Source: Felis catus
Lineage: Eukaryota
NCBI RefSeq assembly: GCF_018350175.1
Contig: NC_058368.1
Coordinates: 184,328,001-184,392,000 of the forward strand
Reading direction: 5' to 3'
DNA: 64,000 nucleotides
The notes under the pieces were generated by a model. The model had not been told where the DNA came from, ran no database searches, and saw only the letters and a list, made by a program, of their open reading frames with translations. Both the position numbers and the translations under genes were made by a program. This document shows positions 1-13,444 of this stretch, piece after piece (the stretch's first letter is position 1; each line of letters opens with the position of its first letter).

Positions 1-237
1 GAATCTATTTTACCTACTACTCGTTGCCTCTCTAAATAATGAGCTGATTGCATTTATTTTCACCTTACTTACTAATTTGTTAAGATTCATTTATAGTTTA
101 CTGTATGCATGGAACTGTACAAGCTGCTGGTGAATGAAAAAAAAATAAACTGATTAGTTATGGTCCTAATCTGATGTAACTGACATTCTTGTATAAAAGA
201 CCACAAGAAAAAAAAAAACAGAAAACAAAAATAATGT

Positions 238-390
238 GGGGAAGCTGTGTGGCTCAGTTTGGCAAGTGTCCGACTTTGACTCAAGTCATGATCTCCTGGT
301 TCGTGAGTTCAAGCCCCGTGTTGGTCAGAGCGTGGAACCTGCTTTGTGCTCTGTCTCTCTCTCAAAAATGAACATTAAAAAAGAAAGAAA
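238..390 (+). mobile_element. CanSINE (tRNA-derived carnivore SINE), old, internally shortened
   Basis: A-box tggctcagtttgg, B-box gttcaagcc, CT tract and A-rich tail; approximate TSD agaaaacaaaa(a)taat at 220-235 and 390-404. Confidence 0.9.
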
Positions 391-1097
391 GAAAACAAAA
401 TAATTCAACAAGAGCAACAGGTAGAGTGTTGTAAGAACTATAAAGGAAATAACTAGGAGTCTAACAAAAAGCAACACGGAATTTACTTTAGATAAGCTAG
501 TCAGAAAAATCTCCTTAATGTGCTGAGATTTCATTTGAGCCCTAAAGGCTGAGGGGGAAGGAATGTCATGAGAAGTTCTGAGGGCAAAAGCACAGGTAAC
601 CACGTGTGCAGGTATCCTAAGATAAGGGAGAACTTTGCTGTTAAGAGAAACTGAAAAATCAGTGTGGCTGTAGTCAAGTAACCAGGTTTCCAGATAACTA
701 CTACAATTCTAATTTTATGTTCTCTAAACCACAGTGAGATTCCCAGATTCCCAATGATATATCTCTGTGGACAGGACATTTAATCTTATCCATGGTGAAA
801 AATTCTCTCGACTGTGACTTCATGGTTGACTGACAAAACATTTTTTGAGAAAACTCAGAAAACAAGGGAAGGACATAAAATACAAAGCTATTTACACATA
901 AATTTATAGAAAGCCTTGACCTGAAGGAAAGAAGAGAGCAACGTTATTCCACAGAGAAAGTGGTTGAGTTGTCCTGCTTGACATTTATAGTCACAGTCAG
1001 GTGGATTTTTCCCACATGATGGTGAACTCACTCCAGTGTAAAGAAATTGAAAAAAGTGCAAGCCTAAATCATACCTGTCAGAAGAAACAGAAATTTT

Positions 1098-1295
1098 TGG
1101 TCGCTAAGTCAGTTGGGCACCCGACTTCAGCTCAAGTCATGATCTCACAGTTCGTGAGTTCAAGTCCAGTGTCAGGCTTTCCACTATCAGCCAGAGACTG
1201 CTTCAGATCCTGTCTCCCTCTCTCTTTGCCCTTTCTCAACTCATGCTCTCTCTCTCGCTCACTCTCTCAAAAATAAACATTAAAAAAATTTAAAA
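1098..1295 (+). mobile_element. CanSINE, 5'-degenerate
   Basis: cgacttcagctcaagtcatgatctcacagttcgtgagttcaagtcc, CT tract, aataaacattaaaa tail. Confidence 0.9.
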
Positions 1296-2952
1296 ACCAC
1301 ATTGGTTAAATCCCCTTTACATATTCTCAGAAAATTCTTCCACATTGATGATTTAGGAGTAAAAATGTACAAGTTTAGCATTTTATTACAATGATACACC
1401 AGGCTGAATGTAATTAATTAACACAGTGACCTTGAAGAATGTGTGAAAATAACATGTGGCTTTTCTGATAGTAATCAAGATTACTTAAAAATCTATATAG
1501 ATGCCTTGACATTTTAGCTTTTCTTTGACTATCTTATGGCATTTAGATATGTCATAGGCATTTATATATGTTGCTCTTCATGATCTATTTTATTAATAAA
1601 AAAGAGGGATCTTGGAAAACAGTGTGGACAAAATGTGATTGGGTTTTTTTTCCTTGCATTTGCCTTTTTTCAATTCGATTTGATCTTTCTCTTTCTCATT
1701 CTTTTGTTCATGATGCACACATTCTTCTTTGACCAGCCTTCTAGATTACCATAGTAGCCAAATCACACAAAGGATGTTGAAATGATGCTCCTTAAGTTCA
1801 AAACAAATATTTATTTAACATCAAAAGCTACAAAACTGGATCATTCATTCATTTGTCCCTTTTAATATGTATTACAAGTTTAGTAATTATTTTAGGTATT
1901 GTAGATTACTCTGCCTATGTTCAATTAATATCTTAGACTATGTCTCAAATTCATATTACTGTATATACAACAGAATAAAAAATCCAAAATACTATGGATG
2001 GCTAGACAAATACATAAAATTTACACACATTCAAAGTTTGCCTGTTTCTTCAGTGTGTGTATATATATTTTTGAAAGAACCTATCTATGACTGAAAGGAA
2101 AAAGAAAGAGCAACCATGTAATGGAATATTTGACCCCACCTGTTCATTTTCTTTTTTTAAACTTTTGATGTTTCCCAAAGCATTATTATCTTTATGCCAT
2201 TGAATTTAGTAACTAAGTTTTTACCAAATGTCCTAACAATACCTTAAAGGCACAACTCAAACCCCTTTAATGACAAGCTGTTATCACTGAATGAGGGTAG
2301 GAAAAAAAAGTGTTCAAATCCAATCCCAACAAGGTAGGCTTAAATGCTCCTCTCTTCTGAGGATGAGGGAAGATGAAATCTGTTTACAGACCTAAGTTAT
2401 CAGAATTTCCTTGTCTATGATTTTACTCATTCTATTTTGGAATCAGGGCTTTTATGAGGCCAATTCAATATCTGGATAAGAAAACATGACAACATAAGGA
2501 TTGTGGGAAAATGACAGAGTAGGAAACACCAGGAATGTGTCTGTCTCCCCACCTAGACAATAACTGTACAAACAGAATCAGTCTGATGTAACTAGTTTAG
2601 AACTCTGTTCTAAACCTTTGTTGAAGGCTTACAATTTAACAGAGAAAGGCTTAGATGGTAAACTCTAGTTAATTTCAGTCAATTTCAGTTCTTAGCACCC
2701 TAGTAGCTACCCATCCCCCAGACCACAGCCCCTTGGCAGAGAGCTATGCATGAATTCTAGGAGCAGTCTGTATATGGCTTTGGGGTGCCAACATGGACAA
2801 ATAGGACTTTTCCTTTAAATATTAGGTATGTGTGCTCTGATCGCTCATTGCTGCTTCTGATCTGAGGTTTAGGCAGCCACTGTTGTTGCACCTCCACACA
2901 TTGTTGGAAGTAAATTCCAGGAAATTTAAACGGTCTATGCTCTTTCCTCCCT

Positions 2953-2956
<4 letters not shown>

Positions 2957-3045
<89 letters not shown>
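2957..3045. repeat. Compound (TG)n(TA)n microsatellite
   Basis: Seen directly in sequence. Confidence 0.97.
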
Positions 3046-3047
<2 letters not shown>

Positions 3048-3231
3048 ATCCCTTTTGGGAGCCAGACATTAAAGACCAGGACATTTAAAAGCAAGTTCAT
3101 ATACTGAGAAATTTGGTAAGCCATCATGCATGCCCACAGATAGATGCAGGCTCATGGAAGACTTAAGAAGACATTAAATTTATAACTCATACTTTTCCTT
3201 GGCTTAGAGATAGTCCACAACAATAAGGAAT

Positions 3232-3297
3232 GAAAGGAGGGAGGGAGGGAAGAAAGAAGGGAAGAAGGAAGAAAGGAAGGAAGGAAGGAAGGAAGGA

Positions 3298-3349
<52 letters not shown>

Positions 3350-3350
3350 G
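3232..3350. repeat. (GGAA)n(GAAA)n polypurine microsatellite
   Basis: Seen directly; source of the spurious K/E/R and F/L/S ORFs here. Confidence 0.97.
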
Positions 3351-4220
3351 GACAAACAATAAACCAAAAAAATCTCCCCAAAATGGCAAACCCTGGGGAA
3401 GGGGTAGAATATTATCAATGTAGTTAAACACATAATTTATTAGATTCAAATGCCTAGGTTTTGACAAAAAAAGTCACAAGTAATACAAAGAAAAAAAATA
3501 TATGGCCCATTCAAAGGGAAGAAAATAAGTCAACAGGAATTGTTCCTGAAAAAGACCTGATGGTAGACCCACCATGCAACTGCTTTAAAGATGCTCCAAG
3601 AACTAAAGGAAACTATGGAGAAAGTCAAGAATAACGTATGAACAAAATGGAACCATCAGTGAAGAGGTAGAAAATGTAAGAAGAAACCAAAAAGATACTC
3701 TGGAAAGGAAAAAAAAAACAATAACTGAAATGAAAATTGTTACCACAGAAACTAAATGGCAGATTAGATCAAGCAGAATAAAGAATCGATGAACTGAAAG
3801 AGCAATAGAAATCATCATGATTGAGGAACATAAACAAAAAGTAATGAAGAAATGTTAACAGAGCCGAAGGGACCAGTGGGACACCATCAGGCACATCAAC
3901 ATATACATTGTGATAGACCCAGAAGGAGAAGAGAGAGGAGAAGGAGCAGAGACACTATTTAGAGAAATAATGACTGAAAACTCCCCCGATATGATGAATG
4001 GCATGAATATTCAAGAAACTCAAGAAACTCTAACTAAAATGATCTCAGAGACCTACACCAAAACACAGTATAATCAAACTGGAAAGACAAAGGAGAACTC
4101 TTATAAGCAGTGACTGAGAAGGGACTTGTCACAAATAAAGGGATCCTTAAAAAGACTAGCAGATTTCTCATCCAAACCTTTGAATGCCAGAAGTCAGTGG
4201 GCTGATATATTCAAAGTGCT

Positions 4221-5560
4221 TCAAGGATATTCCACTCCCTCCTGGCTTCCATGGCTTCTGATGGAAGCGAGGCATTAGTTGACTCGTTGATCTCCCTCAG
4301 GCAGTGTCCTGGGGGATTTTTGTTTGTTTGCTTCCTTGCTTATAATAGTTTTGCTTATTTGTTGTTTGCTTTTGCTGCTCTCAATGTATGGTCTTTAATT
4401 TTAGCTTTCAGCAGTTTCATTATATTTGCCTCAGCATAAAGCATACACCATTTGTGTTTATTTTCCTTGATATTTGTTAAGCATCTTTTATCAGTACTTT
4501 TTTCCCCATTAACTCTGGAAAATATTAAACCATTAATCTTCAAATATTTGTTCTGCTAAAATCAATCTTTCTCTCTCCTATATTTCAGTCATACACCTAT
4601 TGAAATATTTGACATCATCTAATAGCTTTCAGCTTCATGTTTTTAAATTTTGTTTTTTCTGTTCCTCATCTTGGATAATTTCTACTATTCTATCTTCAGA
4701 TTCAAGTATTTTTTCTTTGTCATCTCCATTTGGCTGTTCATCCAGTAAATTTTCTTCAATTTCAGATAAGATTTTTATTTGTTTGATAGGGTTTTTATTT
4801 TTCTTTCACAATGAGCATATTTTCTCATATTTCACTTAAGACAATTATAAAAGCTGCTTTAAGATCTTTGCTTGTTCTTTTTAATACCTGGTTCATCTCA
4901 GGGTTAAATTTGGTTTGGTTTATTATCTCTTGAGAGTATGTTTTCTTTTGTTTTTTGTTTTGCTTCTTTGTATGTTGTATACTTTTGGTTTATAACCTGG
5001 ACATTATGTATGTTAAGAGGTAGAGATTCTGGATTCTGTTATTTTTCTTTTATGAGTTTAGTTTTATTTTTTCCAAAAATTATATTGGCTGGACTTGAAC
5101 TATTCACACTATTTCATGGGCAACAATTCTGGTCTCAGCTGAGATCTTTTGTTTTTAGCTGCAATTCTTTGTATCTATTTCACAAATTGCTGACATAGGA
5201 GTAAGATAGAGATGTGCATAAAATAGAATTGGTGATCTACCTAGTTCCCCTTCTGGAATTCTGTCACCCCCTTCATTTGTCATAGTTTCCACCAGGGTCC
5301 TGCCACTGTCCATTACACTCACTGTGCTTAGTTCCACCTTAAAACTATAAAGAGTAGAAAATTTTTTTTAGTTTCTCAACTCCCCTATACCATGTACACT
5401 TCTCCATCAGTGTCTATCTTCTCTATTCACTACTCATGGCCTTCAAAATTTTCTTTTTGCACCATGTCCAGGCTTTTCATTGTCCCTGTTTTGGAGGAGC
5501 CTTATGTAGCAAGTAGTCCATTATTCATATGGTCAGCAATTCTATGTTACACTATTTTTA
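4221..5560 (-). mobile_element. Ancient LINE-1 (L1ME/HAL1-like) 5' region plus decayed ORF1, antisense
   Basis: Reverse complement near 4215-4262 reads SEAMEARREWNILEAL (ORF1p SETMEARRQW motif); T-rich antisense ORF1 composition continues to ~4800. Confidence 0.75.
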
Positions 5561-5738
5561 AAGAAAGAAAACATTGCAGATCTAAGTAAAGACCTCTGAA
5601 TAATACTCCTCAATAATATTCTTTTTTACTGCTTCCTAATTTTATTTATTTTTGTTGTTGTTATATATGTCATAATAAATGCAGTCATATACATAAGCTT
5701 ATATGTAGGTATATATGCATAAAAGGATATAGATTTTA

Positions 5739-5945
5739 GGGGCATCTAGGTGGCTCAGTCAGCTGAGTGCCTGCCTTCAGCTCAGGTCATGATCTCACGA
5801 TTCATGAGTTTGAGTCCCATGTCGGACTCTGTGCTGACAACTCAGAGCCCAGAGCCTGCTTCAGATTCTATGTCTCCTTCTCTCTCTACCCCTCCCCAAC
5901 TCACACTCTAGCTCTTTCTCAAAAATAAACATTAAAAAAGAATTT
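5739..5945 (+). mobile_element. CanSINE
   Basis: ggggcatctaggtggctcagtc head, full body, CT tract and tail. Confidence 0.95.
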
Positions 5946-6165
5946 TAAAAATATATAAATTTTGTGTGTTACATACATAATATTATACTGTGTTTACATT
6001 CACCTTTTTTACTCGATGTTGTTTTGAGACATGCATCTGGGTAGTTCTAGTTTATTATAATAGGTATATTATATATTCCCTTGTGTAAGTATTTTATAAA
6101 TGTATTTTTTTCCATTATAAGCATTGACATATTTACATCTTCCTTTTAAAAAAATACAAATTTTT

Positions 6166-6368
6166 GTGGTGACTAGGTGGCTCAGTTGGTTAAGCATCTG
6201 ACTCTAGCTCAGGTCATGATCTCGCAGTTAATGAATTCAAGTCCCAGGCTGGGCTCTGTGCTAACAGTTTGGAGCCTGGAGCCTGCTATGGATTCTGTGT
6301 CTCCCTCTCCCTCTGCCCCTCCCACACTTACACTCTGTCTCTTTCTCTCTCAAAAAAAAAAAAATTTT
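6166..6368 (+). mobile_element. CanSINE
   Basis: Full body; TSD aatacaaattttt on both sides. Confidence 0.95.
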
Positions 6369-6384
6369 AATACAAATTTTTTTA

Positions 6385-6811
6385 GTCATTGTCCTCCAGA
6401 GAAACAGAATTAATAGTGTGTGTGTATGTATCTATCCATCCATCCATCCTATAGCAGGATTGATCTTCTAGATATACACACATAAACACACATACATACA
6501 TTTCATACACACAAATACACACATGGTTCTAGTTTAAGTCCCAGCCCAAGGGAAGGAGACACTAATGTCCTAGCCCAAAGATGCAGAGAGAATGTGAATT
6601 CCCCCTTTGTAGCCTTTTTGCTTAATTCAAGCACTCAACAGATTGGATGATATGCCCTCCTACAATAGGGAGAATTACCTGCTTTACTCAATCAACTGAT
6701 GCAAAGGCTAATCTCATTCTGAAACACCCTCACAGACCACACCCAGAAATGATATTTAGTAAACTATCCGGGCACCATATGGTCAATTTGACACATAAAT
6801 TAACCACCACA
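6385..6811 (-). mobile_element. MLT2-like (ERVL) solo LTR
   Basis: Ends gtcaatttgacacataaattaaccaccaca, the reverse complement of the MLT2 start tgtgatggttaattttatgtgtcaac; internal aaacaccctcacagaccacacccagaaat; ctccagagaaacagaa at the other end. Confidence 0.85.
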
Positions 6812-7020
6812 CCAACAGTACTGGAATATTCTTGTACTTGTCTTCTTATGCATACATATTAGTTATTGACTAGGAATATACTTTCAAGTAGAATTACCAT
6901 GTGAATGTGTATGTCCATCTTCAGCTTTAGTAAATATTTCGAAATTACTATTTAACATAGTTAACTTACACTCTCATTAATATCAGATGAGAGTTTTATC
7001 TGGTTGTTCCACAAACTTGG

Positions 7021-7662
7021 CAGTCTTTTCGTTTTTACTTTTCTGCTGGCTTATAGGAGTGGGAGGAGGACCACAGTTTTTTTTCTGGGATGTTTATCTG
7101 CATAGGGGAGTTACTGTCTAAAAGTCTTCTGCACTGCTAGGCTGCCCTTTTCATACTCCTTTAGCTAGAGAGAGCAGAATTTTTATAGGGCTTTTTAAAA
7201 ATCTGTCTGTAGCCATTGGCATTTCTAGGTTGAAAGCTTCTTCATCACCCTGTCTAAGTTATATTAGGCAAAAAGAAAACTTCAGAAACACACTAGCATA
7301 TGGTTCATCAAGTCCCAAGTTCCAAGCTAGTTATCTTCGTCTCTACTTTCAGAGTTTTTACACGTGTGTTTTGGGGGCACCTGGGTGGCTCAGTTGGTTG
7401 AGTGCCCGACTCCGGCTCAGGTGATGATCTCACGGTTTCTGAGTTCGAGCCCCGCGTCGGGCTCTATGCTGACAGCTCACAGCCTGGAACCTGCTTCAGA
7501 TTCTGTGTCTCCTTCTCTCTCTGCCCCTTTCCTGCTCATGTTCTCTGTCTGTCTCTCAAAAATGAATAAACGTAAAAGAAAAAATTTTAATGTTTTTGTC
7601 TATCATTTCCAGTATTTTGAGCTATATTTACTGAAATAAATAGGGAGACATGCATGCACCCC
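7021..7662 (-). mobile_element. L1M-type 5'-end fragment, antisense, split by a SINE
   Basis: ggctgcccttttc...gctagagagagcag...aggcaaaaagaaaac resembles antisense L1MC/L1MD-class 5' UTR. Confidence 0.65.
7374..7583 (+). mobile_element. CanSINE (felid type)
   Basis: ggggcacctgggtggctcagttggttgag, gagttcgagccccgcgtcggg, aataaacg tail. Confidence 0.97.
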
Positions 7663-10600
7663 ACTGTGTTCTTTCACATGAACTTTAAAATTGGTTATGT
7701 TTTGCAAAAAATCCAATTGTAGTTTTGACTGAAATCACTTTGAAGTATTGATTTAAAGAGTTTTACTTTTACGTTCTCAACATGCTTTATAATTTGCTCC
7801 ATAAGGTTCTTGTACATATTTTGTTAGATATAATCCTTCCTACTTTTTACTCTTTTTTTTTTGGTGGTTATTTTTTTCTAATCGGTTATTTCTGGTTTAT
7901 AGGAACACTGATGACTTTTGTAAATATATCCCGTTTCTTGCAACCTTGTTGAACTCCCTGATACTAAAGTTGATCTGTAAATCTCTTGGAGTTGCTATGT
8001 GGATTATCATATAATCTGCAAATAAGGAATACTTTGTGCCTTCTTTTTCACTTTCTTTTTTTTTAATCTTATTTTCCAGGATACCCAGTAGTTAATTTGA
8101 GGACATCTTTACCTTATGCTTGATTTAAAAGGCCACTTTTTTATTGCTTTATAATAAATGCCTTTAATTATTACAGCTTACTTTTCTTTCTCTTAGTATT
8201 AATACATGAGATTGTACTACACACATATAGAAACATTTAAAAGTCATTTAAAGAAAAACAATTTATGTTACAGTCAATGTAATGAAGGTCACCTAAAGGC
8301 ACGTTATCATAAAATCAGTCTATCGCTTTACAGAATAAAGAAATCTAAATTAATTTTAGCTCTAGTCTGATTTTTACCTTGAGGCAAGTGATCAAAATCA
8401 GCACTCTTTACATGTAATTACCAGAACTATTATCAGATAGACCAGACCAACTAAATGTTGGTAAATATGGTAGGTCAATATTAATCATCTTCTTGTACTC
8501 TTATGTATATAGACTATATAGCTTTGTTTAGAATATTCATATGTACACCTCAAATAAAATTTATTTTTTTATGTTGTAAAACATTATTCTGTCTGTAGTT
8601 TTTATAACAGAGTGAGTATCAACCTGTTTCAATTCATCTCTACTTAACCCATATAGCAGTTGGGGTCTTCTTGACCTTCAGATTGTGGTAGAAACTATTC
8701 AGATAGAGAAATTCAATGCCTGAGAACTTCACAAGATTTCTGCTAATCTCTGGTGGTAAAGCATGATTCAGCAGTTCAGTTTCTTCATCTGCACTTGATA
8801 TTATGTTCTCCTACCAGTCAAATTAGCATAAACCTCAGTCTTTAAGCTTGATTAGACAGGAAGATTCATTACACCAAGAATTCCATAAATTAGTTTATGA
8901 ATTCAGATGATCACATATACCACACTTAATTCTGTTGATATGTAGCCCTGACAACTACTTTCCCTCTATTATCACCCCTCATTCCATGAAAGTTGGTGCA
9001 TCTACACCAAGACTTGTCTATGTCTCAGCACTTTCCCTGTTTTATACTTAATCTTAAAAAAAAAAAAAACAAAACGAAACTGTCTCCCTTCACTCATATA
9101 AAACATGCATCACTTTGTAAAAATCAGAAATTGTTTCCACATTCACAGAGAGTATTTATAAACTACTTACACGTGCATCTTCCATCAGTGCCCTTGAACC
9201 AATTCATTTTTGTGGTAATTTCATATTCACGTTCTTAAAGTTGCTTAGTGCTACTAGAATTAAACCTTTTTGACTTCCATAAAACTTTATCGCATCCAAA
9301 GAATGTGATTCATTAAAACCTCACAGTAAATCATATTTTCCGAACACTAACCAAGAGAAGAACATGGCAGAAAATCAATAGTGTATGCAGCTTGATGCCT
9401 TTTCATATATTGATTTACATGTCATTTGTCTGCAATTATTGTTTAAATACAATTCACTCTTTGCTAATAGGATACTATTAACTCTATTGGATACAAGGAT
9501 CAAACTTCCATGAAAATAATTTAAACCTAAGCCAAGTTTATTGTTGTTTTCACTTGGAATATTAAAGAGTATTTTAATACAAATGGAACACATACATACT
9601 TGAACATTGCAGTCATATGTCTTGAACTCTACAATTCATCTGAGATCTTCTTATGTAGAATATTGAGTAACCCTTACCAATGACAAGAAGAAGGGGATTT
9701 CGATGGCCTGAAGACCCATACTTAGGCAGCTTCTGCCCATTGCATTGTTTGTGCATAGGATTACTATAACAAAAATGCTAAATATGATTTCCTACACTGA
9801 AAATCAAAAATTTAAGCTGTCTTATTTAAAAGAAATTAAAGAGGAATCTCAAACCAAAGCACAGATTCCTTCCACCATAATTTCTGCTCTTGAATAACCC
9901 CACATGGGACAGAGATGCTTATTCATTTTGCTTCATTCTGTATCTTCAAACTGGAAGCAGTAATCAGATGCAATTATTGGAAGCCCTGACTTCATCATTC
10001 CTACCCAAGGAAATGGCCTAGGGTCAGTGCTTCCAATTAAGCTGGGTTGCCCAGAAATGGACACACTGATTTAAACACAGCTATGCTTGGTTCTATCCCA
10101 AGGCCCCCAGAGATGCCTGGAGGAGAAGCTGAATCTCCCTATCAAGTAGCTTTCAGTTCTGTCACTAGTTACAGAATTAAATAGAAGGCTGAATCTGGAA
10201 AAGAAGGGTTTTTTTTCCCTGTTTTAATATGGTCCATTCTTAAATCACTCTGACATTAATATGAAAATTCCATAGGCACACTTGCATGTCCTCATTAAAA
10301 GGTAGAAATTAAAGAAGTGACAGAGTAATCACTATACCTACTACAGAGGAAATGCCCACAGGAATAACAGACTTAGTCCACATTTTAAGTAGTTCAGTCT
10401 GAAAAATTCAGAATGCAAATTCCTTTTAGGAAACGGCTATCAAAAGCATGCTAACTCACAGTCAACACATCCCATGCTGTTTTGATCAATTGAAATTATT
10501 CTTCTTAAATTTGTTCTTTTCAAACCATTTGCTGCAGAATTCTTCTCTTTGACAATCTTACAAGAGAGTCAATATATAAGAGAACATCAAAATAAAATTA

Positions 10601-10671
10601 CATTGCTTTACCTACTGTTGGGTGGAAAGTAGAGTCATAGGTGTTCCCTGTCTCCATACTGACACACCCTC

Positions 10672-10714
<43 letters not shown>

Positions 10715-10727
10715 ACACACACACACC
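10672..10727. repeat. (CA)n microsatellite
   Basis: Seen directly; explains the THTH run in ORF 10622-11014. Confidence 0.97.
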
Positions 10728-11784
10728 TGTTTAAGGTACTTTATGGAAGTGGACTTTCAAAGCAACTTGTCATTTTGGACGTAGTACGTAGTCTAGAACT
10801 GCATAATATAAAACCCACACCAAAAATGCTCATCTCCTTTTTTTATTTTCAAAGACATCAGTTCTTTCCACATAAAGGATGGAGGCATAAAATGAAAAAT
10901 GCTCTTAGTCCACAGCATCACAAGTCCCAAATCTTTTTTGAAACCAACCATAAACAATCCTTGCAAGCAAGAGAAGAATGTATATATTCAAGTAAATATC
11001 CGCACGATTTTTAGGACCCACTTTATTAGATTTCTGGTTGTGATGCAAAGCAAAATACTACCTATACACCAATTTTCTGGAGAGAATTCTTAATGGTGAA
11101 TACAAGGATGAAGAAGTTTAGACAGAGTGATAAGAAATTGATAATGTCCGACTTGTGTAGAAAGAGAGAATGTAAAGGTGTGCCTGCATTCCACAGTGGA
11201 GATGTGATTTACTATCTAAAGCCAGAATTTTAAGAGAAAGTAGTGCAGGAGAATTTTTCTCTCACATTCCATCACCTCAAGAGCCCTATCTTCTTTTCTC
11301 CCTTGGTAAGAGTATCCATCTACCATAGCAAGAGGCACAGAAGAGAGATAGTGAACATTTACTGTGTTTAATGAAATTACATTATTCTACATACTTGCAT
11401 TTGTCATCCTCATAAGGTAGTAAAAAATCTGTCCTTCTCTGAGAGTGACAACTGTAAAACTATTCCAGGTAGAGTAAACGTTTTGAAAATGGAAAGTAAT
11501 GACAAACCTAGAAAACATCCAAAAAGGGGAAGATTCATGAAGCAGTATGCAATTTTTGTTTTGGAATAAACTGCATAATCTAGATTTTTCAATTTTAAGT
11601 AAAAGAAAACCAGCACACTTCAATGTGTCATTTGTCATTTTTTGAGTGCTTAAAATATGTTTTGCAATATTATCAGTAACTAGTAACATTTAAAATAAGG
11701 ATCCACAAATAGCCATTGGAAACATCTGCTGAAGATATGGAGGTGGGTAGGAAAAGTATAATGCACTGTAGAGGCCATTCTGAA

Positions 11785-13425
11785 ATTCAATTCAACTGTG
11801 TACTCAGCTATGCACAAGATGCTGCTGAGAGAGCTGAAGAGGCTTAGTTTTTATGCATGTGAAGTAATTTAGGAACTAAGACAGTGTATGTATTATGGCA
11901 GTAATGATCAGAAGAGCTGTGAGAACAAAAAAAAAAATCCAAAAGAATAATAGACATCTGAGAAGGCTTCATGGAGAAGGAGGAACTTAAACTAACTCAC
12001 CTACATGAGAAGATAAGTGGAATTTCAATTAGCAAGTAGGAGGAAGGTAAGAATGAATTCTATCTGGGAGAATACCCAAAGAGGAAGAAATTACTATTGC
12101 CTCTTTGGGGTGCAAGATTGGCCAGAATAGGGAATAATAGATAAGGCATACTTCAGTGTGTGAGGAGACATCAGATCTGAGTAGGAGCTGTTATAGATAG
12201 TATTATACATTAGGTAAGTAGTTTAAAGGATTTATACCTAACATCAACAACTATAATAACCTCATGGAACTGACTGTCTTAAACACTTAACTAGCATTAT
12301 CCCATGCATCCAAGTAGCAATTCTAGAAAAGTATGTAGTAATATCATCTCCATCTTACATACAAGGAAACTGAAGCTTGAAATAGTTCACTAATATGACT
12401 GATATCACAGATACTATTTCATTGCCTGATAATAATTTTATACAATACATATCATTGGTTTCCAAAAATCTTTAGGTAAGGAAAAATAAAAACCATTGCA
12501 TTGATTATAATCATATATGTATATGAAAGTACTTTGAATGTTGTCTAATGTTAAATGTAGGTGGAAGGAGGGGTAAAATAAATTGTAGAATAATTAATCA
12601 GCTGGAGCCATAGCAAGGAATAGCTCATGAGTGGCACAGGGTTTTATAAACACATCCAGGAGCCTGTACACCATCCACAGGGTAATGGGGGAGTCATTGG
12701 AGCTCCAGAGCATCAAATGTGTGCTTAAAAACATACTCTGGTTACAGTAAAGAGACTGGTTTGGTGAAAAAGTGGTGAAGTACCACTTGGCTAGCTATAG
12801 AAGGAATCCAAGTGTGAGGTAAAGGTGGCCTGACTTCAGAGGCAGAAATAATAGGCCTCGGTGATTGAGTTGGAGACTTGGACAATGGGAGAAGGGTAAT
12901 TCTACTTACAGGGCCATAAACGGATGGGGATAAATGAGAAGTTCCATTTGGGACTTAATGAGTTTGAAATGCTTTTGTGGTATTCAAGTAGCAATGTCCA
13001 ATAGTTGGAGATGAGGATCTGATACTCAGAATCAAGGGTGGCCTGGATATCAAAATGTGTGATTAGTCAAAGCCATGTGAATAAACAAGATGATTATTCA
13101 GGGTGAGTATACAGAGAAAGAAAGGAAAGAGAATTATGACAGAACCCTGAAGAATAACAGCCTTTCAATTATTAAGGAAGAAGAAACTGTGAAAGGGAAT
13201 GAGAAAAAAAATAACTCTACAGGGGAAGCTCCAAGGAGTATGTGGAGTATTTGAACCTGAGGAAAGGAATGTTTCCAAGATGAAAGTGTGATCACTTGTA
13301 TCAAATGCTGAGGAAAACTCCAGTTACATAATGGAGACAAGTGACCATTGAGCCATTAACTGAAGATGTTACTGGTTATGCATCCTGAATGGATCAGAGG
13401 CCAAATTATAGTGGATTGAGTGGTT
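11785..13425 (-). mobile_element. LINE-2 relic, fragmented, with an embedded MIR at ~12270-12415
   Basis: Purine-rich antisense L2 motifs (gaaggcttcatggagaagg; gagtttgaaatgc...caagtagcaatgtcc); MIR core catcttacatacaaggaaactgaagct. Confidence 0.7.
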
Positions 13426-13444
13426 AATTAAAAAAAAAAAAGCC

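Larger units (their letters stand above)
2500..4220 (+). mobile_element. Ancient LINE-1 (L1M-type) 5' region plus decayed ORF1
   Basis: A-rich coiled-coil-type sequence at 3600-4100; 4141-4221 translates GSLKRLADFSSKPLNARSQWADIFKVL, matching the ORF1p RL-ADFS...ARRxWxxIFKVL motif. Confidence 0.85.
5960..8160 (-). mobile_element. Fragmented ancient L1 (L1ME-like 3' end/ORF2) interrupted by younger insertions
   Basis: Antisense L1 3'-type sequence at ~5960-6150, ~6812-7020 and ~7665-8160. Confidence 0.55.

Noticed and set aside
2822..3467. Cluster of 64-101 aa ORFs on both strands
   Set aside because: They are translations of (TG)n, (TA)n and (GAAA)n microsatellites.
3910..4113. 67-aa ORF MIDPEGEERGEGAETLFREIMTENSPDMM
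   Set aside because: Real homology to L1 ORF1p (GxPEGEE...LFxEIxxENFP), but it is a decayed fragment flanked by stops, not a gene.
10622..11014. Longest ORF in the track (130 aa)
   Set aside because: Non-ATG start, extended by a (CA)n repeat, no recognisable domain.
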